From assembly GCA_965222375.1 (NCBI GenBank), contig CBDCTZ010000013.1:512001-576000 (forward strand): a stretch of 64,000 bases of DNA, given 5' to 3'. The notes below the pieces were generated by a model. It was not told the origin of the DNA. It worked only from the letters and a program-made list of their open reading frames with translations, and searched no databases. The stretch is from Polyangiaceae bacterium (GTDB lineage: Bacteria; Myxococcota_A; Polyangia; Polyangiales; Polyangiaceae). The position numbers were made by a program, and so were the translations under genes. Positions 28,393 through 36,448 of the stretch are shown one piece after another (within the stretch, counting starts at the first letter, position 1; each line of letters begins with the position of its first letter).

Positions 28393-30861
28393 ATGCGACG
28401 TATTCAACTTGGTGTGTTTGCCGTGGGCCTGGCTCTGGCGTTTTCTGGTTGCAGTAGCGACAGCACGACGGGTGACGAGCCTGGAGACCCTGGACCAAGC
28501 AGCGTCGTGAAAGTCGACAACAGCGTGCTCGTGGATTCGGCGGTGATCCCGGCCTTCGACAAAGGTGGACCTGAGCGACACCTCGGCACCCTGACCAGCC
28601 CAAGCGGAAACGTGATGCAGTTCTATGAAAACGAACTCGTCGTTGCATCCAAGGACAAAGCGGAAGTCGACGCCCTGGTCAAGCGCTACGGCGGCAAGAT
28701 CCTAGCGAGCATGGATCTGTCCGAAGCCGGAGATGATTCCGGGGACGTCTTCTACGCCATCCGCATTCAAGCTGAAAAGGCCGACGTTGCAGCCATGGAC
28801 CAGACCCTAGCCAAGATCGATAGCGTGCCCGATGGCCTCAAGATATCCAGCGCCGCCGCTCTGGGCACCCTAGCCGCCTTCGTCGCGGAATCCGAGCGAG
28901 GGATCGCTGTATTCCCGAACTTCATCATGCAACCCGATGCCATTCCGCAGCGTGAGGTTGCGGAAGCGGAAACCGCAAGCGGCGCGCACTCCGGAGATTA
29001 CTCGCCGAACCCCTTCGCCTGGCCCTACATGCAGCGCGGCGGCGACCTGGACATCGGTGTGGCAGAAGCTTGGCGTGTGCTCGAGGCGAACGGCAAACTC
29101 GACAACGAGGTGCGCGTCCTGGTCATGGATGCCGGATTCAAGGACGACGACCTGCCTGAGAGCACGGAACTCGTGGGATTCACTCGCTTCGACGACCCCA
29201 ATCAGGGCAAGTGCTGCAACAACACTTGTGAGTGTCCTTGGCATGGCACGGGTTCGGCGCGGGCCGCCGCCGGTCGCGTCGACAACGCGCGCGGCGCCGC
29301 CGGTTCCGGTGGCCCCGTCGTCAAGCCTCTATTGCTGCAGTCGCCACGCGAAGACTTCTTCGACTTCATCCGCTACGTGATGAGCCTGGTGGCGGGCGCC
29401 TCTCAAGCCCAGATCATCAGCATGAGCGCCAGCACCACGATAGACCAGTGGGTTTGCGATACCTCAGGCTTCTTTGGCGGCGAGCTAGGTGTCTGCTCCT
29501 TCCCACATCGCCTCGGCCTGGCCATTCGCGCGGCAAACATGTTGTGGGTGTCGAGCGCCGGCAACAACAACGCCCGGGATCTCGATTCAGGAGACTTCAC
29601 GATCCCCTGCGAGATGGCAGGAACCGTGTGCGTGGGTGGCTTGAATTGGAGCACTCCGACGGTCAGCTCGGGCTCGACCCGGGCGTCCAAGCGCGAAAAC
29701 GGATCCATCGACATCTACGCGCCCTTCGAGCTGTGGGTTGGCTCGGATCCGGAGAACCTGTCCGTCAACGAAGCCACGATCTTCAGCGGCACCAGTGCTT
29801 CAGCACCTTTCGTTGCCGGCGTGGCAGCGCTGATCAAGGCGGCCAACCCCAGCCTACACGCCAACCAGGTGGAGGCAATCCTGAAGAGCACAGCCCACAC
29901 GGGCAATCTCTACCAGGCGCACCGTTGGGTGAACGCCTATGCGGCGGTCAAGCAAGCGGTCGGAGGCGCCGTGCCCGCGTTCATCACCATCACCAAACCG
30001 TCCGACTCGGCCAGCGACCCGCGGGTGGCAGGGCCGGTGCAGTTCAAGTCGGTCGTGGAATCCGACGGCGGCAGTCCCACGGTCGCCTGGTCGAGCAGCA
30101 TCGACGGACCACTCGGCACGGGCAAGGACTTCACCTACACCGGGCTACTGTCCTTCGGTACCCACACCATCAGTGCCGCAGTGACCGCCCATGGCCTGAC
30201 TTACACCGACAGCGTCAGCTACACCCTGACCAACACAGCACCGGTCGTGGACATCGTGTCCCCGAGCACGAGCTCGAACTTCTACGTGGGCCAGCTGATC
30301 AGCTTGCTCGGCTCGAGCACGGACAACAACGAGCCGGGAGCAACGCTGACGAACGCACGGGTCAGTTGGCAAGTCGACGGCAGCCCTGCCGGCACCGGTC
30401 ACGCCAAGGACATCGCACCGAACAGCCTGAGCGTGGGTGCTCACACCATCAAGTTCATCGGCAACGACGGTGAGCTGACGCATTCGAAGCAAATCAGCAT
30501 CAATGTGCTCGCGAATCCGACCAACCTGCCGCCGAATATCACCAGCATGCTACCCGCCACGGGTACGGACTTCGGCCACGCGGACCAGCAGATTGGTGGC
30601 AAGTGGGTCAAGCAGGTCAACTTGTCGGCCACCGCGACGGATCCCGACGGCCCGGCACTACCCAACTCGGCCTACACTTGGCAGACCAAGTACTTCAATG
30701 GCACGAGCACGGTGACCGAGAACCTCGGGACCGGCAAGAGCATCACGGCCAACCTCGCCGGCGTGTGCAACCAGGTGACTCATACCGTGACGGTCTCGGT
30801 TACTGATGGCACCAACGTCTCCAAGAAGAGCGCTACCTACTACGTCAAATTGTTCTGCTGA
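28393..30861 (+). CDS. S8 (subtilase) serine peptidase lipoprotein with C-terminal Ig/PKD-like repeats
   Basis: GGAGGAG SD; lipobox FSGC; triad VMDAG / HGT / SGTSASAP; SAGN oxyanion motif. Confidence 0.93.
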   Translation: MRRIQLGVFAVGLALAFSGCSSDSTTGDEPGDPGPSSVVKVDNSVLVDSAVIPAFDKGGPERHLGTLTSPSGNVMQFYENELVVASKDKAEVDALVKRYGGKILASMDLSEAGDDSGDVFYAIRIQAEKADVAAMDQTLAKIDSVPDGLKISSAAALGTLAAFVAESERGIAVFPNFIMQPDAIPQREVAEAETASGAHSGDYSPNPFAWPYMQRGGDLDIGVAEAWRVLEANGKLDNEVRVLVMDAGFKDDDLPESTELVGFTRFDDPNQGKCCNNTCECPWHGTGSARAAAGRVDNARGAAGSGGPVVKPLLLQSPREDFFDFIRYVMSLVAGASQAQIISMSASTTIDQWVCDTSGFFGGELGVCSFPHRLGLAIRAANMLWVSSAGNNNARDLDSGDFTIPCEMAGTVCVGGLNWSTPTVSSGSTRASKRENGSIDIYAPFELWVGSDPENLSVNEATIFSGTSASAPFVAGVAALIKAANPSLHANQVEAILKSTAHTGNLYQAHRWVNAYAAVKQAVGGAVPAFITITKPSDSASDPRVAGPVQFKSVVESDGGSPTVAWSSSIDGPLGTGKDFTYTGLLSFGTHTISAAVTAHGLTYTDSVSYTLTNTAPVVDIVSPSTSSNFYVGQLISLLGSSTDNNEPGATLTNARVSWQVDGSPAGTGHAKDIAPNSLSVGAHTIKFIGNDGELTHSKQISINVLANPTNLPPNITSMLPATGTDFGHADQQIGGKWVKQVNLSATATDPDGPALPNSAYTWQTKYFNGTSTVTENLGTGKSITANLAGVCNQVTHTVTVSVTDGTNVSKKSATYYVKLFC

Positions 30862-30884
30862 GTCGCCTCCACTCACAGCACAGC

Positions 30885-30920
30885 CGCCGCTCGGTGAAAG
30901 CCGAGCGGCGTTTTCCTTTT
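30885..30920 (+). terminator. Rho-independent terminator
   Basis: CGCCGCTCGG-TGAAAG-CCGAGCGGCG followed by TTTTCCTTTT. Confidence 0.9.
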
Positions 30921-30947
30921 GTCTTGGTGGGTTTGGGGTCGCATCGG

Positions 30948-30975
30948 TGGGGCGGCGTTGGGGCACTACTCTCGC
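30948..30975 (+). repeat. Left arm of imperfect inverted repeat pairing with 32184-32211
   Basis: TGGGGCGGCGTTGGGGCACTACTCTCGC vs reverse complement TGGGACGGCATTGGGGCACTAATCCCAC, 23/28 identical. Confidence 0.8.
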
Positions 30976-31009
30976 GGTTTGGCGAGAGTGAGCGTGGGCG
31001 CGAGGGCGA

Positions 31010-31067
31010 GCGTGGGGGCGGGCGTGGGGGCGGGCGTGGGGGCGGGCGTGGGGGCGGGCGTGGGGGC
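31010..31067 (+). repeat. G-rich 12-bp tandem repeat (GCGTGGGGGCGG), about 5 copies
   Basis: Units start at 31010, 31022, 31034, 31046, 31058; degenerate 6-mers extend back to about 30988. Confidence 0.95.
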
Positions 31068-31086
31068 TTCCGCGGGTGGATTTGAT

Positions 31087-31180
31087 CCTGCCAGCGTGCT
31101 CGGTCGGTTCAAGGCCTTCGCCGGCTTCGCCGGTGGCTGCTGCGCAGCCAGCCTTGAGCCGACCTGTGCGCGCTGGCGGG
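31087..31180 (+). other. T-shaped three-way-junction hairpin upstream of the four-helix-bundle gene
   Basis: About 28-bp stem (31087-31115/31151-31180) capped by CCGGC-TTC-GCCGG and TGGCTGC-TGC-GCAGCCA. Confidence 0.8.
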
Positions 31181-31216
31181 TGGGGTGGGTGTTTGTTTGA
31201 AGAAAGGAACCTCACC

Positions 31217-31540
31217 ATGCTCCGTATCTATTCAGTCAGTGTTCAAGTCGCTCGTGAAGTTCGGCCGTTGGCGGATCGCATTGCGCGCTTCGATCGCGCG
31301 GCGTCAGTGCAGTTGCGCAAGTCGCTTGGATCCGTCGTCAACAACCTCGCGGAAGGGTCCGGTCTGCGTGCGGGGAGGCGGAGGCTCGCTTATGAAATCG
31401 CCCTGGGCGAGGCGCGCGAGGCCTTAGCGAACCTCGAGTTCGCTGAGGCCATGGGCTATTCGCCACCTGTCTCTCCCGAGTTGCGCGCACGGTTCAACCA
31501 CATCATCGGCACTCTCGTCAGAATCGTGCACCGCCCGTAG
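31217..31540 (+). CDS. Four helix bundle protein (23S rRNA-IVP / Avd-like superfamily)
   Basis: AAAGGA SD; QLRKSLGSVVNNLAEG...YEIALGEARE...LE.AEAMGY; 107 aa. Confidence 0.9.
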   Translation: MLRIYSVSVQVAREVRPLADRIARFDRAASVQLRKSLGSVVNNLAEGSGLRAGRRRLAYEIALGEAREALANLEFAEAMGYSPPVSPELRARFNHIIGTLVRIVHRP

Positions 31541-31628
31541 ACGCAAGCGTGCACCAGCTCGTTCACGACGCCTCAGTCCGCTCAAAGCGGCTTTGTTGTG
31601 AGCCGCTCATGCGCGGCTCGGGTTGGAT

Positions 31629-32069
31629 TTAGCGTTCGTTGTTCCAGAAGCGAAGTTGCTCGAAGCGGCGGTCTTCAGCTTCCTGGTTTCTGATGTACTC
31701 CCGGATCACGGCTTCGTCGCGACCTACCGTCGTGACAAAGTACCCGCGCGCCCAGAAGTGTTGACCCATGAAGTTCCGACGTTTTCCCAGGAACGCCCGG
31801 GTGATGTGGATCGCACTCTTCCCCTTCAGATACCCGATGACTTGCGACACCGCGTACTTCGGTGGAATGGAGATCATCATGTGCACGTGGTCCGGCATCA
31901 GATGTCCTTCCTCGATCCGGCACTCACGTCGCTCCGCTAGCTGCCGAAAAATTTCCCCCAAGTGCTTGCGCAGCTCCCCGTACAACACCTTCTTTCGATA
32001 CTTCGGGATGAACACCACGTGGTATTTGCACTCCCATTTCGTGTGACTTAACGTTTCGTAGTCGACCAT
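31629..32069 (-). CDS. tnpA: IS200-family Y1 (HUH) transposase
   Basis: YHVVFIPKYR, DHVHM (HUH), YLKGKS, FWARGY, YIRNQ. Confidence 0.98.
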   Translation of the reverse strand: MVDYETLSHTKWECKYHVVFIPKYRKKVLYGELRKHLGEIFRQLAERRECRIEEGHLMPDHVHMMISIPPKYAVSQVIGYLKGKSAIHITRAFLGKRRNFMGQHFWARGYFVTTVGRDEAVIREYIRNQEAEDRRFEQLRFWNNER

Positions 32070-32076
32070 CTCGACG

Positions 32077-32115
32077 ACTCCCTTCCGTGACGCTTGACCG
32101 GCTCACGGAGGGGAG
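32077..32115 (-). promoter_or_regulatory. SD-sequestering hairpin in the tnpA leader
   Basis: ACTCCCTTCCGTGA / TCACGGAGGGAGT; contains the AAGGGAG SD on the minus strand; TTGACA upstream at 32144-32139. Confidence 0.75.
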
Positions 32116-32183
32116 TGCCTTCATGGGGCTCCCGGAATTGTCAAACTTTGAGGGCCGCCCCGGCTTAGCCGGGGGATCTCAAA

Positions 32184-32211
32184 GTGGGATTAGTGCCCCA
32201 ATGCCGTCCCA
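32184..32211 (+). repeat. Right arm of imperfect inverted repeat pairing with 30948-30975
   Basis: GTGGGATTAGTGCCCCAATGCCGTCCCA. Confidence 0.8.
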
Positions 32212-32259
32212 GTGTTCGACCCCCCAAAACCAAATCCGAATTCGAACCGCGCCCCGGGA

Positions 32260-33486
32260 TCACTCTTTCAGCTGAGACGTGACTTTGACTTCCGAGTGCA
32301 GGGTCCTGTGCACGGGGCACTTGTCAGCGATTTCGAGCAGGCGCTGTCGCTGTTCGTCGGTGAGGTCGCCCTCGACTTCGACGACACGGTCGATGCGGTC
32401 GATCTTGCCGGTTTGGGTTTCGCACTCGGAGCAATCCTTGGCGTAGATCTTCTTGTGACTCAGCGTGACACGGACGCCATCCAAGGGCAGCTTCTTGTGG
32501 TCGGCGTACATTCGAAGCGTCATGGAAGTGCAAGCACCGAGAGCACCGAGCAAGAGGTCGTAGGGGGACGGGCCGCTGTCCAGGCCACCCATGGCAACGG
32601 GCTCGTCTGCGCGCAGGCGATGGTCGCCGAAGACGACGCTCTGGGTGAAGCGGCCTTCGTGGGTCTCGGCCACGACGACCTCTGGGTGGGTTTCCTGCTG
32701 CGGCGCTGCGGGCGCAGGCGCGTCGATGACGTAGCGGGCGGCCCAGGACGAGATGACCCGCGCAGCGAAGATCGCATCGGCGCGGTTGGTGAGCAGATGG
32801 TTGGCCCTATCCAGGGAGATGAAGCTCTTAGGGTGACGCGCGCCGTCGAAGATCCGCCGGGCGTTGTCGACGCCCACGATGTCGTCTGTCGGCGCGTGCA
32901 TCACGAGCAGAGCTGCTCTCAGGGACTGGAGCGCGGCCTTCATGGGTTGTTCGGCGAGATCTGTCAGCAGGGACTTCTTGATCCGGAAGGGGCGGCCGCC
33001 GATGAGCACCTCGGCCTCACCCTTTTCTTCCAGTTCGGGCCTGGCGGCGGCTAGGAGATGCGTGGCATGCGCCGGATCGCAGGGAGCATTCAGCGTCGTG
33101 ATGGCTTTGACTTCAGGGATGCGCTCGGCAGCACGCAAGACCGCGGCGCCTCCGAGGGAATGGCCAACCAGAAGCGCCGGCGCGCGATGCTCGCGTCGGA
33201 GGAAATCCGCTGCCGCCACCAAATCGTCGAGGTTCGACGAGAAGTTGGTATTGGCAAAGTCGCCTTCGCTGCTACCGAGCCCGGTGAAGTCGAAGCGCAG
33301 CACCGCAAACCCTTCGTCCGCCAAGGCACGGCTAATGCGGGACGCTGCGGCGCTGTTCTTGCTGCAGGTGAAGCAGTGGGCGAACAGCGCAAACGCCAAG
33401 GGCTGCCCTTCCGGCAATTCGAGGCGGGCGTCCAACTGCGCGCCAAGGGCGCCCTGGAAGCTGACTTTTTGACTGGCAATGGCCAT
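32260..33486 (-). CDS. Bifunctional alpha/beta hydrolase - OsmC family protein
   Basis: [39 protein letters not shown]. Confidence 0.95.
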   Translation of the reverse strand: MAIASQKVSFQGALGAQLDARLELPEGQPLAFALFAHCFTCSKNSAAASRISRALADEGFAVLRFDFTGLGSSEGDFANTNFSSNLDDLVAAADFLRREHRAPALLVGHSLGGAAVLRAAERIPEVKAITTLNAPCDPAHATHLLAAARPELEEKGEAEVLIGGRPFRIKKSLLTDLAEQPMKAALQSLRAALLVMHAPTDDIVGVDNARRIFDGARHPKSFISLDRANHLLTNRADAIFAARVISSWAARYVIDAPAPAAPQQETHPEVVVAETHEGRFTQSVVFGDHRLRADEPVAMGGLDSGPSPYDLLLGALGACTSMTLRMYADHKKLPLDGVRVTLSHKKIYAKDCSECETQTGKIDRIDRVVEVEGDLTDEQRQRLLEIADKCPVHRTLHSEVKVTSQLKE

Positions 33487-33659
33487 CTGCACGTTCCTTT
33501 TCAGAAGCGGGACTTCTCAGGCCGCATAGCGACGCCTGTCGAAGGTGACAAGCTAGCGATCCAGCCGCGGACGAAACCCACGCGCTACTCAGCGAACCTC
33601 GAACGGGAGGGCTTGGTTCCGAGGGGAGAAGCTGCGGCTGTCCGACGTAGTAAGCCGCT

Positions 33660-34979
33660 ATGCGGCTTGCACTGACGATTCTCGCTTCCTCCACCCTGGC
33701 CCTCGCTTCCTGCAGCGGTGATTCCAACGCGGGACTGCCCGGCGCGGGAGGCGCGGCTGGTGCGGACAGCGGCACAACCGGGGGATTCGGGGGGTTTGGT
33801 GCCTTCGGAGGTCAGGCTGGCAAGGCGGGCGCTGCCGGGAGTGCTGGTGCAGCGGGTGTCAGTGGGTCTGGCGGTAGCGCTGGCGCTGCAGGTCAAGCTG
33901 GCTCGGCTGGTAGCGGCGGCAGCTCGGGCTCCGGGGGCAGCTCGGGCTCCGGGGGCAGCTCGGGCTCCGGGGGCAGCTCGGGCTCGGGAGGCAGCTCCGG
34001 TTCCGGAGGAAGCTCGGGCTCGGGAGGCAGCGGCGGCTGCGCCGTGGGACCGACGCCCATAGACGCCGCACCCCTGGATTGGGTGTTGCTGTTGGATCGC
34101 TCGGCATCGATGCAGGACAGCAGCAAATGGGACAACACGAGAGCCCAGCTCAAGACCTTCGAATCGGCCAAACCCAATGGTCCAACGCAACTGTCGACGG
34201 TTCTGTTTCCGAAAAAACCGGCGATCCCGCCTCCCATGGGCACGTGCAGCTCGGATTTGGAGTGCGGTGCCTACGGCCCCTGCGTGCCGAGCTTCAATCA
34301 ATGCTCGGGCAGCTTCGCACCCGACGATTCCTGCTTGAGTAGCGACTATGGCGCGGACCTGCCCTTTGGCGCGCTACCCGGCACGGCGCTGACAACGCTG
34401 CTTTCGACGACCACGCCAGACGGTGAGAGCACACCCATGACGCCCGCTCTCAAAGGCGCGCATGCTGTCGCGACGAGCCGGGCACAGGCGAACCCGAGTC
34501 ATCAGGTCGATGTCGTGATGATTACAGACGGCGAGCCGACGAACTGCACAGCCAACAAGCTCACGGATGTGGAGGCTGTCGCCAAGGCGGCTTTGCAAGG
34601 CAACCCCTCAGCGCGCACGTTCGTCGTGCGAGTCGGGCCGATCATCGCCGGACTCGACGCCGTCGCAAAGGCTGGCGGAACCGGCAGTGTTCACGATGGC
34701 GGCGCAACTGGACTCAATGTGGCGGCAGTTCTGGGCACGTTGGCTGATGCCTCGGTGTGTCGGCTGCCCCTGCCAGCGAACATCAACCCCGCCAAGGTGA
34801 GTGTGTTCATGACCCTAGGCGCGTCCACCATCATGCTCAATACCGTCGCGGGACCGGGCAGCTGCCTCGGAGCCGGCGTCTACGTACAAGGCAAGGAAGT
34901 CGTGCTCTGCCCAACCACTTGCGCGGCGAAAAAGACGCAAGGAGCCAGCTTCGGCGCGGGTGAGAGTTGCCAGCCGTGA
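33660..34979 (+). CDS. vWA-domain lipoprotein with Gly/Ser linker
   Basis: Lipobox LASC; MIDAS DRSAS, T, ITDGEP; Cys-rich C-terminus. Confidence 0.9.
   Translation: MRLALTILASSTLALASCSGDSNAGLPGAGGAAGADSGTTGGFGGFGAFGGQAGKAGAAGSAGAAGVSGSGGSAGAAGQAGSAGSGGSSGSGGSSGSGGSSGSGGSSGSGGSSGSGGSSGSGGSGGCAVGPTPIDAAPLDWVLLLDRSASMQDSSKWDNTRAQLKTFESAKPNGPTQLSTVLFPKKPAIPPPMGTCSSDLECGAYGPCVPSFNQCSGSFAPDDSCLSSDYGADLPFGALPGTALTTLLSTTTPDGESTPMTPALKGAHAVATSRAQANPSHQVDVVMITDGEPTNCTANKLTDVEAVAKAALQGNPSARTFVVRVGPIIAGLDAVAKAGGTGSVHDGGATGLNVAAVLGTLADASVCRLPLPANINPAKVSVFMTLGASTIMLNTVAGPGSCLGAGVYVQGKEVVLCPTTCAAKKTQGASFGAGESCQP
33915..34032 (+). repeat. Coding tandem repeat, 18-bp period (GGSSGS, about 6 copies)
   Basis: GGCAGCTCGGGCTCCGGG and variants. 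Confidence 0.85.
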
Positions 34980-35044
34980 CCGAGTGGCTCGGCCGCCGCT
35001 AGGTTTATGATGCGCACGCCCTCGCGCTAGCGTAAGTAGCGGCT

Positions 35045-35689
35045 ATGCAGAAGCTCGCCAAGGGGCTGCACTCCTTTCAGCGTGGCTACTTCGCCAGTCA
35101 CCGCCAGCTCTTCGAGCAGTTGGCGACCACGGGGCAGCACCCCGAAACGCTATTCATCACATGCTCGGACTCCCGAGTCGTGCCCAATCTGATCATGAAC
35201 GCGCCACCTGGTGAGTTATTCGTGATTCGCAACGCGGGCAACTTGGTCCCAGATCCGAATCTCCCCGGGGGCACGGCAGCGTCCCTGCAATACGCGGTTG
35301 AAGTCCTGGAGGTGGAGAACATCATTGTTTGCGGTCATACAAAGTGCGGCGCCGTCGATGCGATTCTGAATCCAAAAACAGCCGAGGGTTTGCCCTACGT
35401 CAAGCGTTGGATCGACCAAGCAGCGGACCTTCGCACACTCCTGGACGAACGCTACGGGCACCTTAGCGGTGAGGCGCGCATGGCCGCTGCAGTTCAAGAA
35501 AACGTGCTCGCTCAGGTGAAGCGGCTCCACGAATACGATTTCGTCCAACAACGCTTGGACGCTGGCAAGCTCCGCGTCAACGCTTGGGTATTCAAGATCG
35601 CTACAGGGCAGGTATTCGACTTCGACCCCGAGACCTCGGAGTTCCGACCCTTGGTAGAGGAAGCCCCTGAGGACTCGGCATCGCCCTGA
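35045..35689 (+). CDS. Beta-class carbonic anhydrase
   Basis: CSDSRV, RNAGN, CGHTKCGA zinc ligands. Confidence 0.96.
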   Translation: MQKLAKGLHSFQRGYFASHRQLFEQLATTGQHPETLFITCSDSRVVPNLIMNAPPGELFVIRNAGNLVPDPNLPGGTAASLQYAVEVLEVENIIVCGHTKCGAVDAILNPKTAEGLPYVKRWIDQAADLRTLLDERYGHLSGEARMAAAVQENVLAQVKRLHEYDFVQQRLDAGKLRVNAWVFKIATGQVFDFDPETSEFRPLVEEAPEDSASP

Positions 35690-35698
35690 GCGCCTGGG

Positions 35699-36448
35699 AT
35701 GTCCGATGCGATAGTTCCGGCTCTCGGCGCAGCGGACCCGGTAGGCGCCCGCCACCTAGTGATCGTGTGTGCTTTGCTCGCCGCCGCGGCTCGGTTCATT
35801 CCCCTACCGCTGCTGGACGACATCGTGCGCGAGCGCATCCACCAAGTCTTGGTGAGCCGGCTACTCAAAGCTCGAGGTCGCCGAGTGTCCAGTAGCAAGC
35901 TGGCGCCCCTGTGGCAGGACAGCTCGGCGTGCACGACAGGCTGCGTCACCCTGCTGTGGAAGCTACCCCTCAAGCTGCTGCTCTTTCCGATTCGAAAGCT
36001 CATTGCCATCTTCACCGCCCTGACGGGTTTTTCGAAGGAGGTGACTCGCACCGTCCTGCTTGGCCGTTGCGTGGACCGAGTGCTGGCGCAGGGTGGGTTC
36101 GTCGACACCTCGACGCCGGAGCTGCTTCAGGCACAGGCACGACAGGTGCGAAACGCTTTCGATCTAGCAATGACCCAAACGGATACATCCGTGGTCGTGG
36201 CAACCCTGACGGATGTGCTTCGCGAAGTGCGAGGGTTGCCACGGGCGGCACTGCGCGGCGCCCGCTCCCTCACGCGCTCCAAAAGCGATGCGGCCGAAGA
36301 CGCGGGCAACGACGCGGATCGGCAAGTCGTCGAGCAGGGTGCCTCCCGGGTCGAACGCGCCCTGGATCACCAGACCGTCCAGGTGGTGTTCACCGATTTT
36401 GATGCGCGCTTCGACGCCGCTCTCGAATCTCGATCTGATCACGATTGA
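35699..36448 (+). CDS. Hypothetical membrane-associated protein
   Basis: FIPLPLLDD motif; 9 nt downstream of the carbonic anhydrase gene. Confidence 0.75.
   Translation: MSDAIVPALGAADPVGARHLVIVCALLAAAARFIPLPLLDDIVRERIHQVLVSRLLKARGRRVSSSKLAPLWQDSSACTTGCVTLLWKLPLKLLLFPIRKLIAIFTALTGFSKEVTRTVLLGRCVDRVLAQGGFVDTSTPELLQAQARQVRNAFDLAMTQTDTSVVVATLTDVLREVRGLPRAALRGARSLTRSKSDAAEDAGNDADRQVVEQGASRVERALDHQTVQVVFTDFDARFDAALESRSDHD

Larger units (their letters stand above)
31577..32185 (-). mobile_element. IS200/IS605 family element, IS200 group (tnpA only)
   Basis: Y1 transposase; end hairpins CCGCT-CAA-AGCGG and GAGCCGC..GCGGCTC (31578-31619) and CTTTGAG..CCCCGGC-TTA-GCCGGGG..CTCAAAG (32146-32184); ends approximate. 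Confidence 0.9.

Noticed and set aside
31217..31540. Diversity-generating retroelement suggested by the Avd-like gene
   Set aside because: No reverse transcriptase in the window, and I saw no TR/VR pair with adenine-specific mismatches
31577..32185. TnpB/omega-RNA system
   Set aside because: No tnpB or iscB ORF; element too short
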